DNA of 64,000 nucleotides, taken from assembly GCF_965202595.1 (NCBI RefSeq), contig NZ_OZ241836.1, forward strand, positions 535,095-599,094. The letters run 5' to 3'. Each line of letters begins with the position of its first letter. Position 1 is the first letter of the stretch. Shown here piece by piece: positions 35,388 to 44,695 of the stretch. The notes beneath the pieces were generated by a model. It had not been told where the DNA came from, searched no databases, and saw only the letters and a list, made by a program, of their open reading frames with translations. Position numbers and translations under genes: made by a program. Source of the DNA: Candidatus Poriferisocius sp. (lineage in GTDB: Bacteria > Actinomycetota > Acidimicrobiia > Acidimicrobiales > Bin134).

Positions 35388-36245
35388 TTGGGCCCCGTGC
35401 CAGCGGGCACCCGCACCGGACGGTCGCGAGCAACGCTTGTCTTCCTGCTGCTCAGCTCAGTGACCCTTCTCACTCTGGATGCCCGTGGCTTCGAGCCCCT
35501 CCAGCGAACGGAAGAAACGCTGATGGATCTGATGTCACCATTTCGTTCAGCGGCGAACCGGCTGTTCAATCCGGTGGGCGATGCCTGGAAAGGCATGACC
35601 GGTTATGCCGAGCTGGAATCCGAGAATGTGATGCTGCGGGACGAACTCCAAAAACTCGAGGCTCAGCGCATTCTCGATTCCGATGCGGCCGTTCGCCTGG
35701 AATCGCTGCTCAAGGAACTGGATCTGCCCTATGTGCAGGCCATTCCCAACACCGTGGCGGAGGTGGTTACCGCCAATGTGGGCAACTTCGACCGGTACTC
35801 GGTGCAGATCAACCGGGGGTCCGAGGACGGGATCCGTAACGGGATGCCGGTCGTCACCAGGGGCGGGTTGATCGGGCGGATCGATGGTGACCCCGGGCGG
35901 CGGCATTCCCGGGTGACGCTTCTCACCGATCCCGAGTTCGAGGTGGGGGTGCTGGTGGTGGGAACCGACGACGTGGGATTGGCCTCGGGGGGTGGACATG
36001 GGAATGCGCTGAGGGTTGACAAGGGCTTGGAGGTCGATACCGAGGTAGCCGTTGGGGATGAGGTTGTCACCAGCGGTGTGGATCGCAGCCGTTACCCCCC
36101 CGGCATACCCATAGGCACGGTTACCAGGATCGAATTCGACGAGGCCCGCCTGCTCCAGGTTCTCATCGTGGAGCCCTCGGCCGATACCGATAACTTGAGC
36201 TTCGTGACCGTGCTGCTCTACGACCCCCTGGGCGAGGGCCCATGA
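35388..36245 (+). CDS. mreC: rod shape-determining protein MreC
   Basis: Position after mreB. N-terminal TM helix, coiled coil (ELESENVMLRDELQKLEAQ), beta-rich C-terminal domains. Confidence 0.85.
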   Translation: MGPVPAGTRTGRSRATLVFLLLSSVTLLTLDARGFEPLQRTEETLMDLMSPFRSAANRLFNPVGDAWKGMTGYAELESENVMLRDELQKLEAQRILDSDAAVRLESLLKELDLPYVQAIPNTVAEVVTANVGNFDRYSVQINRGSEDGIRNGMPVVTRGGLIGRIDGDPGRRHSRVTLLTDPEFEVGVLVVGTDDVGLASGGGHGNALRVDKGLEVDTEVAVGDEVVTSGVDRSRYPPGIPIGTVTRIEFDEARLLQVLIVEPSADTDNLSFVTVLLYDPLGEGP

Positions 36246-36349
36246 GTTCAAAGGGCAGTGGGCGAGGGCCTGTGAGTCCAAAGGGCAGGATGAGCTTGCG
36301 ACCCCCTGGGCGAGGGCCCGTGAGTCCAAAGGGCAGGATGAGGCGGTGA
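36221..36349 (+). repeat. nested 30/48-bp repeats filling the mreC-mreD junction
   Basis: tgggcgagggcc[c/t][a/g]tgagt[t/c]caaagggcag at 36229, 36259 and 36307. cgaccccc precedes copies 1 and 3. A 35-codon ORF runs from ATG 36242 (ATGA with the mreC stop) to TGA 36347-36349 (GTGA with the mreD start). Confidence 0.9.
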
Positions 36350-36852
36350 ACACGGCGAGTGGCTATGTCCGCAGCGCCCTGTTTCTTTTCACCGTGCTGG
36401 TGCTTCATCTGACGTTGTTCTCCGATCTGCGGGTATTCGGGGTTGCGCCCGAGGTGCCGCTGGCCGTGGCGGTCACCGCCGGTTTGGTGGGGGGACCGCA
36501 GCGGGGGGCAACCGCCGGGTTCGTGATCGGCTTGGGCATGGATCTTTACCTGCCCACGCTGTTCGGTCTTTCCGCTCTCATCTACACCGTGTGGGGCTAC
36601 GCGGTGGGTTTGCTGGAAGAGCGGATCATCCGCAGCGCCTGGTGGATAAACGTCCTGGTTGCTGCGGTGGCCACCGCGGGAGGGCTGCTGGTGTACGCGG
36701 TGCTGGGTGAGCTGCTGGGCGAGGCCAACCTCTATACCGAGCACCTCTACGTGGTCATGGGGGTGGCCGCGGCCTACAACCTGGTGTTGAGCCTGCCCCT
36801 TTTGGGTATGTGGCGCTGGTCGTGGGTTCGACTGTTGGCGGAGGAGTCGTGA
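36346..36852 (+). CDS. mreD: rod shape-determining protein MreD
   Basis: 168-aa polytopic membrane protein located between mreC and mrdA. Confidence 0.8.
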   Translation: MNTASGYVRSALFLFTVLVLHLTLFSDLRVFGVAPEVPLAVAVTAGLVGGPQRGATAGFVIGLGMDLYLPTLFGLSALIYTVWGYAVGLLEERIIRSAWWINVLVAAVATAGGLLVYAVLGELLGEANLYTEHLYVVMGVAAAYNLVLSLPLLGMWRWSWVRLLAEES

Positions 36853-36893
36853 GCCCGGAGTCATTGCGGTTGGCGGAGGAGTCGTGAGCCCGG
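36835..36893 (+). repeat. 25-bp direct repeat x2 (period 35) at the mreD/mrdA junction
   Basis: ttggcggaggagtcgtgagcccgga at 36835-36859 and 36870-36894. GTGA occurs at 36849 and 36884. Between them lies a 12-codon ORF, VSPESLRLAEES* (36849-36887). Confidence 0.9.
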
Positions 36894-38968
36894 AATCGCT
36901 GCGTCTGCGGTTGAGTTTTCTGGGCCTTTTGGCGTTGCTGGCCTTCGGAGCGTTGGTGGCCCGCCTGTGGTTCCTTCAGGTCATGAGCTCGGAGGAGTTC
37001 GAGGTTCAGGCCACGCAGAACACCATTCGGTTGGTCTACGAGCCGGCCCCCCGGGGGCGCATCTTCGACCGCAAAGGCAACGTGCTGGTTGACAACGGGG
37101 AGTCCCTGGTGGTGACCGTGGATCGGGTGATCTTCGACACCAAGTTCGATACCGACGAGCAGGAGGCTCTGGTTCTGCGGCTGGCCAAGGAGATCAGCCG
37201 AACCGGCCGCCTGACCAAGGTTTTTGAGATCAACAGGGCGTTGGAGGATCCCCGGTACGGTCCCCTGGACTCGGTGCCGGTCGCCGACGATGTGACCGAG
37301 CACTTCGAGATAGTGCTGGCTGAGCGGTCCGATGAGTTCCCGGGTGTGGATACGGAGATCCGCAGTGTTCGTACCTATCCCTACGGCGATCTGGCTGCCC
37401 ATGTTCTGGGCTATGTCTCTCTCATCAGCGAGGAGCAGTACGAACAGGTGGCTGACAATCCCAAGTCCTACCGCCGAAACGATGAAATTGGGCAGACCGG
37501 GGTGGAGGCATCATTTGAGCCACTGCTCAGGGGTACGCCCGGCTATACCAGGATGGAGGTGGACAATCTCGGTGATCCGATCCGGATCATTGAGAAAATC
37601 GACCCGGTAGCCGGTGCGGATGTGCATCTCACCCTTGACATCGACATCCAGGGAATGGCCGAGAAGGAGCTTCTGGCCGCTTTGGCCGCGGCTCGCCAGC
37701 GGGCGGGGACCGAGGAGGGGGATCTGCCCTTCAACGCTCCTGCCGGTGCCATGGTGGTAATGGACCCCAATGGGGCAGAAATCCTGGCGATGGCGTCGTT
37801 TCCCACTTACGAGCCCGGCGAGTTCGTCAAGGGGTTTTCCGACGAGCGATGGGCGGAGCTTCAGGATCCCAACAACCATCAACCCCTGAACAACCGGGCT
37901 CTCTCCGGCATCTACTCACCGGGATCCACGTTCAAGTTGTTCACAGCCTATGCCGCGATGAACAGCGGGGTGCTCGGTCCTCGTGGGGTTCTGGGCCCCT
38001 ACACCCTCTATGAGGACACCGGTAGCTTCGTCGTGCCTTCCTGCGATGAGGAGTTGATCGCCTCGTGCACCTTCAACAATGCCGAAGGAGCCGTATACGG
38101 GCCCGTTGACCTGGCTCGGGCCATCACGGTGTCCTCCGATGTGTACTTCTACTACCTGGCCGACACCATGGACCGGACCGACCGTTTTGATCGCGAGAGC
38201 ATCCAGCGTACCGCTCGACTCTTCGGGTTCGGGGCTCAAGCCGGTATAGCCCTGGGTGGTGAGGGGGCCGGCAGGGTGCCCTCACCGTCGGAGGCGGAGG
38301 CCGCGGGGGAGCCGTGGCGAACCGGTGATTCCATTGTGCTGGCCATCGGGCAGGGCGTGCTGGGGGTCACCCCCATCCAGTTGGCCAACGGCTATGCCGC
38401 TTTCGCCAACGGGGGCACGCTCTACGCCCCCAAGGTGGTGGATCGGGTTGAGAATCCGGTCACCGGGGAGGTGTTGCAGTCCTTTGCCGACCGGGTGCTC
38501 AACCGCATATACATGCCCAGTTCCATCCGGCAACCGATCCTTCAAGGGTTGCTGGGCGTCACCAGCGATTTGGATGGCACCGCCTACTTCGCCTTTGAAG
38601 GGTTTCCCCATGAGGATTGGTCGGTGGCCGGCAAGACCGGCACCGCGGAGGTGGTGGGCAAGGCCGATTATTCGCTTTTCGCCGCCTTCGGTCCCAATCC
38701 CAATCCGGAGTACGTCGCGGTGGCGGTGATGGAGGAGGCGGGCTTCGGTGCCCATGTCGCCGCCCCCGCGGTGCGCCGCCTGCTGGAGCCCATCGCCACC
38801 GGCACGGTGCAGGCAGTCCGTACTATCGACGACCTCGCCGACCTGGGCCAATCGATGGATACCGGCGGGGATGGGGAAGGCGGGGACGGGACCGGTGGGG
38901 ATGGGGAAGGCGAGGACGGATCCGGCGGGGACGGAGAAGGCGGGGACGGGACCGGGGGTAGCTCCTGA
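36884..38968 (+). CDS. mrdA: penicillin-binding protein 2 (elongasome transpeptidase)
   Basis: N-terminal TM helix and dimerisation domain. Transpeptidase motifs STFK, SSD(V) and KTGTA. Gly/Asp/Glu-rich repeat tail. Confidence 0.9.
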   Translation: MSPESLRLRLSFLGLLALLAFGALVARLWFLQVMSSEEFEVQATQNTIRLVYEPAPRGRIFDRKGNVLVDNGESLVVTVDRVIFDTKFDTDEQEALVLRLAKEISRTGRLTKVFEINRALEDPRYGPLDSVPVADDVTEHFEIVLAERSDEFPGVDTEIRSVRTYPYGDLAAHVLGYVSLISEEQYEQVADNPKSYRRNDEIGQTGVEASFEPLLRGTPGYTRMEVDNLGDPIRIIEKIDPVAGADVHLTLDIDIQGMAEKELLAALAAARQRAGTEEGDLPFNAPAGAMVVMDPNGAEILAMASFPTYEPGEFVKGFSDERWAELQDPNNHQPLNNRALSGIYSPGSTFKLFTAYAAMNSGVLGPRGVLGPYTLYEDTGSFVVPSCDEELIASCTFNNAEGAVYGPVDLARAITVSSDVYFYYLADTMDRTDRFDRESIQRTARLFGFGAQAGIALGGEGAGRVPSPSEAEAAGEPWRTGDSIVLAIGQGVLGVTPIQLANGYAAFANGGTLYAPKVVDRVENPVTGEVLQSFADRVLNRIYMPSSIRQPILQGLLGVTSDLDGTAYFAFEGFPHEDWSVAGKTGTAEVVGKADYSLFAAFGPNPNPEYVAVAVMEEAGFGAHVAAPAVRRLLEPIATGTVQAVRTIDDLADLGQSMDTGGDGEGGDGTGGDGEGEDGSGGDGEGGDGTGGSS
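38861..38958 (+). repeat. 30-bp in-frame tandem repeat x3.3 in the mrdA 3' end
   Basis: accggcggggatggggaaggcggggacggg and variants, encoding TGGDGEGGDG x3 directly before the stop. Confidence 0.9.
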
Positions 38969-40122
38969 TGTCGGTGATCTCCATGGAGGATCGCCGATCT
39001 CGGGATCCGAACACCCGGGACAGCCAGTACGCGCCCTGGTTGCACATCGATCTGCTGCTGATTCTGGCCGTGGCCGGCTTGACGGCAATCGGCATTGTGG
39101 CCATTTACAGCACCACTCGGGGCCGGGATCCCGAGAACTTCGATACTTTCTTTCTGGATCGGCAGTTGCTCTTCGGGGTGGCCGGAGCGTTGCTCATGAT
39201 CTTTGTGGCCTGGATGCCCTACCACGAGCTGTCCAAGTTCGCCGTGGCCATCTACGGCGTGGGCATTCTGGCTCTCATAGTGGTGCTGGGACCGCTGGGC
39301 CAGGAGGTTAACGGTGCCCGGTCGTGGTTCCGGGTCGGCGACGTACAGCTCCAGCCGTCGGAGTTCCAGAAAATCGTGGTGATCGTGGCGATGGCCGCCT
39401 TTTTGTCCCGCTTCGAGGACCACATGGACGTGACCAGGGTGTTTTTGGCCGTGGGCATGGTTGCGTGGCCGGGCCTTCTGGTCCTGCTCCAGCCGGATGT
39501 GGGTACGGCGCTGATTTACGTGTTCATCGGATTCGCCATGCTCCTGATCGGCGGGATTCGCTTGCGCCAGGTGATCGGAATCGCCTTGATCGCCACCACG
39601 GTTGTAACCCTCATGATCAACTCCAACATGTTGGAGGAGTACCAGACCAACCGGCTCCGGACGTTTGTGGATCCCTCCAGCGACATCACCGAGGCGGCTT
39701 TCCAGCAGCGCCAGGCCCAGATAGCCATCGGCAACGGCGGGGTGAGCGGCACCGGCTACGGCGAGGGTTCCCAGACCCTGAGCGGCTTGGTGCCCCAGCA
39801 GCACACCGACTTCATCTTCACGGTGATCGGTGAGGAGTTCGGCTTCATAGGGGCGGCCGCCACCCTGGCGCTTTACGCCATCCTTCTGTTGCGGATCCTC
39901 CAGGCCGCTCGCTTGGCCCGGGACCGGTTGGGCACGCTGATCTGCTCGGGGGTTTTCGCCATGATCCTGTTCCAGATGTTCGAGGCGGTGGGCATGACCC
40001 TGGGCATTACCCCCATCACCGGTATCCCCCTGCCCCTGGTTTCCTACGGCGGTTCCTCGGCCATCGCCACCCTCATCGGCATCGGCCTGGTCATCAACGT
40101 GCGGATGCGCCGGTTCGTCTGA
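38968..40122 (+). CDS. rodA: peptidoglycan glycosyltransferase RodA (FtsW/RodA/SpoVE family)
   Basis: ATG overlaps the mrdA stop (TGATG). SEDS motifs QPSEFQKI and QQHTDFIF. About 10 TM helices. Confidence 0.9.
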   Translation: MSVISMEDRRSRDPNTRDSQYAPWLHIDLLLILAVAGLTAIGIVAIYSTTRGRDPENFDTFFLDRQLLFGVAGALLMIFVAWMPYHELSKFAVAIYGVGILALIVVLGPLGQEVNGARSWFRVGDVQLQPSEFQKIVVIVAMAAFLSRFEDHMDVTRVFLAVGMVAWPGLLVLLQPDVGTALIYVFIGFAMLLIGGIRLRQVIGIALIATTVVTLMINSNMLEEYQTNRLRTFVDPSSDITEAAFQQRQAQIAIGNGGVSGTGYGEGSQTLSGLVPQQHTDFIFTVIGEEFGFIGAAATLALYAILLLRILQAARLARDRLGTLICSGVFAMILFQMFEAVGMTLGITPITGIPLPLVSYGGSSAIATLIGIGLVINVRMRRFV

Positions 40123-40180
40123 TCCGCTCTGAGGGGTTTGGTCTGCGCCGGTTCGTCTGATCCGCTCGGAGGGATTTGAT
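40106..40180 (+). repeat. about 36-bp direct repeat x2 (period 38) duplicating the rodA 3' end
   Basis: tgcgccggttcgtctgatccgctc at 40106-40129 and 40144-40167, with similar tails (gaggggtttg / gagggatttg). Each copy contains RRFV*. Confidence 0.9.
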
Positions 40181-40216
40181 CTGAGAACCCGGTCCGGGGG
40201 CGGTACATTTAGGTAG

Positions 40217-42115
40217 ATGTCCTTGTGGTCGGATTTGGAGCTGGTGCTCCCCAATGTCTCCAAACCGGCGCGCTATATCGGCGGTGAGGGTGGGATGGTG
40301 GTGCCCGAGCACCATCCGTCCAAGGCGGCTTGGCTGCTGGCCTATCCCGACACCTACGAGGTGGGTTTGCCCAATCAGGGTCTTCAGATCCTCTATGAGA
40401 TCCTCAATGAGCAAGACGGCGCGGTGGCCGAGCGGGCCTACGCCCCCTGGGTGGACATGGAGGCCGAGATGCGGGCTGCGGGCCTGCCGCTGTTCTCGGT
40501 GGACACCCACCGGCGGGCCACGGAGTTCGATGTGCTGGCCTTCAACCTGTCGTCCGAACTGGTCTACACCAACGTGCTCAACTGCATAGACCTGGCCGGG
40601 GCACCGGTGCGGGCCGAGCATCGGGCCGAGGACGACCTGCTGATCGGTGCCGGGGGGCACTGCACCTACAACCCCGAGCCGCTGGCCGATTTTGTCGATT
40701 TCTTCGTGCTGGGTGACGGGGAGGAGGTGGTTTCCGAGATCAACGCGGTGGTCCGGGACTGGAAGCGGGCGGGCAAGCCGTCGCGCCTCGCGGTGCTGCT
40801 GGAGTTGGCCTCGGTCGAGGGCGTGTACGTGCCTTCGCTCTACGACGTGGTCTACGACGGCCCGGCGCTGGTGTCGGTAACCCCCCGCCACCCGGGGGTG
40901 CCCGAGGTTGTGGAGAAGCGCACGGTGGCCGATCTGGCCGCCTGGCCCTACCCCAAGAACCAGCTCGTTCCGCTTACCGAAGTGGTTCACGACCGGCTGA
41001 ACGTGGAGGTGTTCCGGGGTTGCACCCGGGGGTGCCGTTTCTGCCAGGCCGGGATGATCACCCGCCCGGTGCGGGAACGGCCCGCCGAGCAGGTTCGCAC
41101 CATGGTGGCGGGTGGGTTGGCCCGCACCGGTTACGACGAGATTGCTCTGACCTCGCTGTCCACCGCCGATTTCAGCGGGATAGAGGAGGTGGTGGCCACG
41201 ACCATGGAGGTCGGGGGTGGTGAGGTATCGGTGTCGCTGCCCAGCCTGCGGGTGGATGCATTCACCGTGGGTTTGGCCGCTCAGATCCAGCGGGCCCGGC
41301 GTACCGGTTTGACGTTCGCTCCCGAGGCCGGGTCGTGGCGGATGCGCCAGGTCATCAACAAGCTCATCGGTGAGCAGGATCTGTACGGCGCGGTGGAGTC
41401 GGCGTTCTCCCAGGGGTGGCGGCGCATGAAGCTGTACTTCCTCACCGGGCTACCCACCGAGACCGATGAGGACACCCTGGCCATCGCCGAATTGGCCCGC
41501 AATTGTGTGGCGTTGGGTAAGGCTCATACCAAGAACCCGTCGGTGACCGTGTCGCTGGGGGGGTTCGTGCCCAAGCCCTTCACCCCCTTCCAGTGGTTCG
41601 GCCAGAACACGGTGCCGGAGTTGGAGCGCAAGATCTTCCTGCTGCGTGACGATGTCAAGCGGAATCGGGGGGTACAGATGAAGTGGCACGATCCCCGGGC
41701 CAGCCTGGTGGAGGGCATCGCCAGTCGGGGGGATCGCCGCATAGGCCGGGTCATAGAGGAGGTGTGGCGGGGGGGCGGCACTTTCCAGGAGTGGTCCGAG
41801 CATTTCGACCACGACCGCTGGATGGGGGCCATGGCCCGCCACGGTCTATCGGCGGACTGGTACGTGCACCGCCACCGCACCGCCGATGAGGTTCTGCCCT
41901 GGGATCACATATCCGCGGGGTTGCACAAGGACTTCTTGTGGCAGGACTGGCGGGATGCCCTGAACGAGGTGGGTTTGGAGGACTGTCGCTGGACTCCTTG
42001 CTACGACTGCGGGGCTTGCACCGGCTACAGCATCGAACACATCGTGGCTTCCGCCACCCCACCGGCGGGGGGGAGTCAGGGTACGGGGCAAACCCCGGTC
42101 TTTCTGCGGGGGTAA
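40217..42115 (+). CDS. B12-binding-domain radical SAM protein (TIGR03960-like)
   Basis: CTRGCRFCQAG radical-SAM cluster motif. About 630 aa. Conserved actinobacterial position upstream of a DUF2344 protein and RNase E. Confidence 0.85.
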   Translation: MSLWSDLELVLPNVSKPARYIGGEGGMVVPEHHPSKAAWLLAYPDTYEVGLPNQGLQILYEILNEQDGAVAERAYAPWVDMEAEMRAAGLPLFSVDTHRRATEFDVLAFNLSSELVYTNVLNCIDLAGAPVRAEHRAEDDLLIGAGGHCTYNPEPLADFVDFFVLGDGEEVVSEINAVVRDWKRAGKPSRLAVLLELASVEGVYVPSLYDVVYDGPALVSVTPRHPGVPEVVEKRTVADLAAWPYPKNQLVPLTEVVHDRLNVEVFRGCTRGCRFCQAGMITRPVRERPAEQVRTMVAGGLARTGYDEIALTSLSTADFSGIEEVVATTMEVGGGEVSVSLPSLRVDAFTVGLAAQIQRARRTGLTFAPEAGSWRMRQVINKLIGEQDLYGAVESAFSQGWRRMKLYFLTGLPTETDEDTLAIAELARNCVALGKAHTKNPSVTVSLGGFVPKPFTPFQWFGQNTVPELERKIFLLRDDVKRNRGVQMKWHDPRASLVEGIASRGDRRIGRVIEEVWRGGGTFQEWSEHFDHDRWMGAMARHGLSADWYVHRHRTADEVLPWDHISAGLHKDFLWQDWRDALNEVGLEDCRWTPCYDCGACTGYSIEHIVASATPPAGGSQGTGQTPVFLRG

Positions 42116-42118
42116 TGC

Positions 42119-42850
42119 GTGAACCCGAACGAGGCCCCGCGGCGGCGAGTGCGGTTGCGGTACCGCAAGATCGGACCCATCCGCTTCACCAGCCACCGCG
42201 ACGTGGCTCGTATCTGGGAGCGTTCGCTGCGGCGGACCGGGTTGCCGGTGGCCCGGACCGAGGGGTTCTCCCCCCGGGCCAAGTTGCACTTCGGGCTGGC
42301 GTTGGCCACCGGTTACGAGTCGGATGCCGAATACCTCGACGTTGACTTCAAGAACGACACCATTGGGGTCGAGGAGGTGCAAGAGGCATTGGTGGGCGTG
42401 CTGCCCGACGGGCTCTCGGTGACGGGTGGAACGGTTCTGGGTCGGGGCGCGATGTCGTTGCAGCAGGCAGTTACCAGTTGCGACTGGGACATCGAGGTGC
42501 TGGACGTGAGCACCCCCGATCTTGCCCGATGGGTGGATCGGGTGTGCGGCGCGGCTACGCTGATGGTCACGCGAGAACGCAAGGGACAAAAGATCACCGA
42601 CGACCTAGCCCCTCAGGTGCATGCACTGGAGGTCGGGGAACCTACGAGCCGGGGGATACGCCTCCTGGCCACCCTGGGTACCCGACCGAGGGCGGCCCGC
42701 CCGTCGGAGCTTCTTACCGCTCTCGAATCTGCGTACCGTCCGGTGCTGGTTCGGCGCACTCGTCAATGGATTGAGCAGGATGGCGCCCGCTTGGAGCCGC
42801 TTGAGGTCGGCGCAGCCCCTGCTCGGCTCACCCTGGTTGGTGGGCAATGA
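42119..42850 (+). CDS. radical SAM-associated DUF2344 (TIGR03936-like) protein
   Basis: RLRYRKIGPIRFTSHRDVARIWERSLRRTGLPVARTEGFSPRAKLHFGLALATG is a typical N-terminus for this family. Confidence 0.8.
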   Translation: MNPNEAPRRRVRLRYRKIGPIRFTSHRDVARIWERSLRRTGLPVARTEGFSPRAKLHFGLALATGYESDAEYLDVDFKNDTIGVEEVQEALVGVLPDGLSVTGGTVLGRGAMSLQQAVTSCDWDIEVLDVSTPDLARWVDRVCGAATLMVTRERKGQKITDDLAPQVHALEVGEPTSRGIRLLATLGTRPRAARPSELLTALESAYRPVLVRRTRQWIEQDGARLEPLEVGAAPARLTLVGGQ

Positions 42851-42865
42851 GAAAGGACTCAGGAT

Positions 42866-44695
42866 ATGACCGACTCCACGGAGCGGACTGGCAAAAAGTC
42901 AGCCAGCAACGCGCCACAGGCTAAGCCACAGGCTAAGCCACAGGCTAAGCCACAGGCTAAGCCACAGGCTAGTCCCAGGATTGGGGATTCCCGGCCGGCA
43001 CCGTCTGGGGATCGTCCCAGGATTGGGGATTCCCGCCCGGCACCGGTGCCGTCTGGTGGTCGTCCCAGGATTGGGGATTCCCGGCCGGCACCCGCGGGCA
43101 ACGGATCCGGTGCGGGTGGGGCTCCGGGTTCGGGGGCCAAAGACTCCGGTGCGGGTGGGGCTCCGGGTTCGGGGGCCAAAGACTCCGGTGCGGGTGGGGC
43201 TCCGGGTTCGGGGGCCAAAGACTCCGGTGAGGGTGGGGCTCCGGGTTCGGGGGCCAAAGACTCCGGTGAGGGCCGTGGGCGTCGGCGTCGTCGGGGCGGC
43301 CGAGGTCGCGGTGGCGGCCGTCCCGTTCAGCCGGTGGAGCACCAGGTGTCCGACGGCCCGGTGGAGCTGGATGAGAAAACCTTGCAGCGGAGGCGGGGTC
43401 GGCGCCGCAAGGGCCGGCCGGTGGGTCGGTACATGATGCTCGTGCAGGTTCGTCCCGAGGCCACCCAGATTGCCGTCGTCGAGGGTCGAGCGCTGATTGA
43501 GCACTACGTTTCCCGGCCCGCGGACGATGTGAACGAGATCCACGGCAACATCTATCTGGGCCGGGTGCAAAACGTGCTGCCCGGTATGGAGGCTGCCTTC
43601 GTGGACATAGGCACCCCCAAAAATGCAGTGCTGTACCGGGGGGACCTGGTGTTCGACCCCGATGAGGTGGAAACCACCAATGGGGCTCCTCGCATCGAGA
43701 ACCTGCTGGAGGCCCGCCAGACCGTCCTGTGCCAAGTCACCAAGAACCCCATAGCCCACAAGGGGGCCCGGTTGACCCAGGAGGTGTCGCTCCCCGGCCG
43801 GTTCGTGGTGCTGGTTCCCAATTCCAAGACCTATGGCATCTCCAAGCGGCTTCCCGACCGGGAGCGCAAGCGGCTCCGCCGGGTGCTGGACCGCTGCAAG
43901 CCGGACGCACACGGGCTGATCGTCCGAACCGTGGCCGAGAACATCACCGCTGAGGAGCTGGAACGAGACGTGGGGCGGTTGGTTTCCCAGTGGGAGCGAA
44001 TCGATGATCTGGCCAAGCGGGTGCGGGTTCCGGGGCTGCTCTACCGGGAGCCGGAGATGGCGGTTCGGGTCATCCGTGAGGAGTTCAACCAGGATTTCCG
44101 CTCGGTTCATATCGACGATCCCCGGCTCTTCGAGGAGGTGAACGACTACGTGTCCAGCGTGGCCCCGGAGCTGGTCGAGAGGCTTCACTACTACGATGCG
44201 AGCAGTGAGCGCCTAGATCTTTTGGAGCGCTACCACGTGCATGAGCAACTGGTCAGGGCTTTGGACAAGAAGGTGTGGTTGCCGGGCGGCGGGTCACTGA
44301 TCATCGAGAACACGGAGGCGCTCACGGTTATCGACGTGAACACCGGTAAGAACGTCGGCAGCTCCAATCTGGAGGAGACCGTGTTTCGCAACAACCTGGA
44401 GGCGGCCCGGGAGATTCCCCGCCAGCTCCGGCTGCGCGACATAGGGGGGATCATCGTGATCGATTTCGTGGACATGGACAAGCGGGTGAACCGCGAAGAG
44501 GTCATGAAGGTGTTCCGGGAGTCGCTGGCTTGGGACAAGACCCGCACGCAGGTACTGGACATCTCCGATCTGGGCCTGGTGGAGATGACCCGCAAGCGCA
44601 TAGGCGAGGGTCTGCTGGAATCGTGCTCATCCACCTGCCCGACCTGCAATGGCCGGGGCCTGGAGCTGGACCGCCAACTGGTATCGAGTAGCTGA
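42866..44695 (+). CDS. rne: ribonuclease E/G family protein with a repeat-rich N-terminal extension
   Basis: S1 domain (IYLGRVQNVLPGMEAAFVDIG), DNase-I-like/5' sensor region, IDFVDM, C-terminal CPTCNGRG zinc link. The first about 150 aa are tandem repeats plus an RRRRGGRGRGGGR tract. Confidence 0.9.
   Translation: MTDSTERTGKKSASNAPQAKPQAKPQAKPQAKPQASPRIGDSRPAPSGDRPRIGDSRPAPVPSGGRPRIGDSRPAPAGNGSGAGGAPGSGAKDSGAGGAPGSGAKDSGAGGAPGSGAKDSGEGGAPGSGAKDSGEGRGRRRRRGGRGRGGGRPVQPVEHQVSDGPVELDEKTLQRRRGRRRKGRPVGRYMMLVQVRPEATQIAVVEGRALIEHYVSRPADDVNEIHGNIYLGRVQNVLPGMEAAFVDIGTPKNAVLYRGDLVFDPDEVETTNGAPRIENLLEARQTVLCQVTKNPIAHKGARLTQEVSLPGRFVVLVPNSKTYGISKRLPDRERKRLRRVLDRCKPDAHGLIVRTVAENITAEELERDVGRLVSQWERIDDLAKRVRVPGLLYREPEMAVRVIREEFNQDFRSVHIDDPRLFEEVNDYVSSVAPELVERLHYYDASSERLDLLERYHVHEQLVRALDKKVWLPGGGSLIIENTEALTVIDVNTGKNVGSSNLEETVFRNNLEAAREIPRQLRLRDIGGIIVIDFVDMDKRVNREEVMKVFRESLAWDKTRTQVLDISDLGLVEMTRKRIGEGLLESCSSTCPTCNGRGLELDRQLVSSS
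42914..43264 (+). repeat. three consecutive in-frame repeat arrays in the rne 5' region
   Basis: 12 bp (ccacaggctaag, QAKP) about x4.9 at 42914-42972. 42/48 bp (cccaggattggggattcccgNccggcacc...) x3 at 42972-43092. 39 bp (ggtgcgggtggggctccgggttcgggggccaaagactcc) x4 starting at 43109, 43148, 43187 and 43226. Confidence 0.9.
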
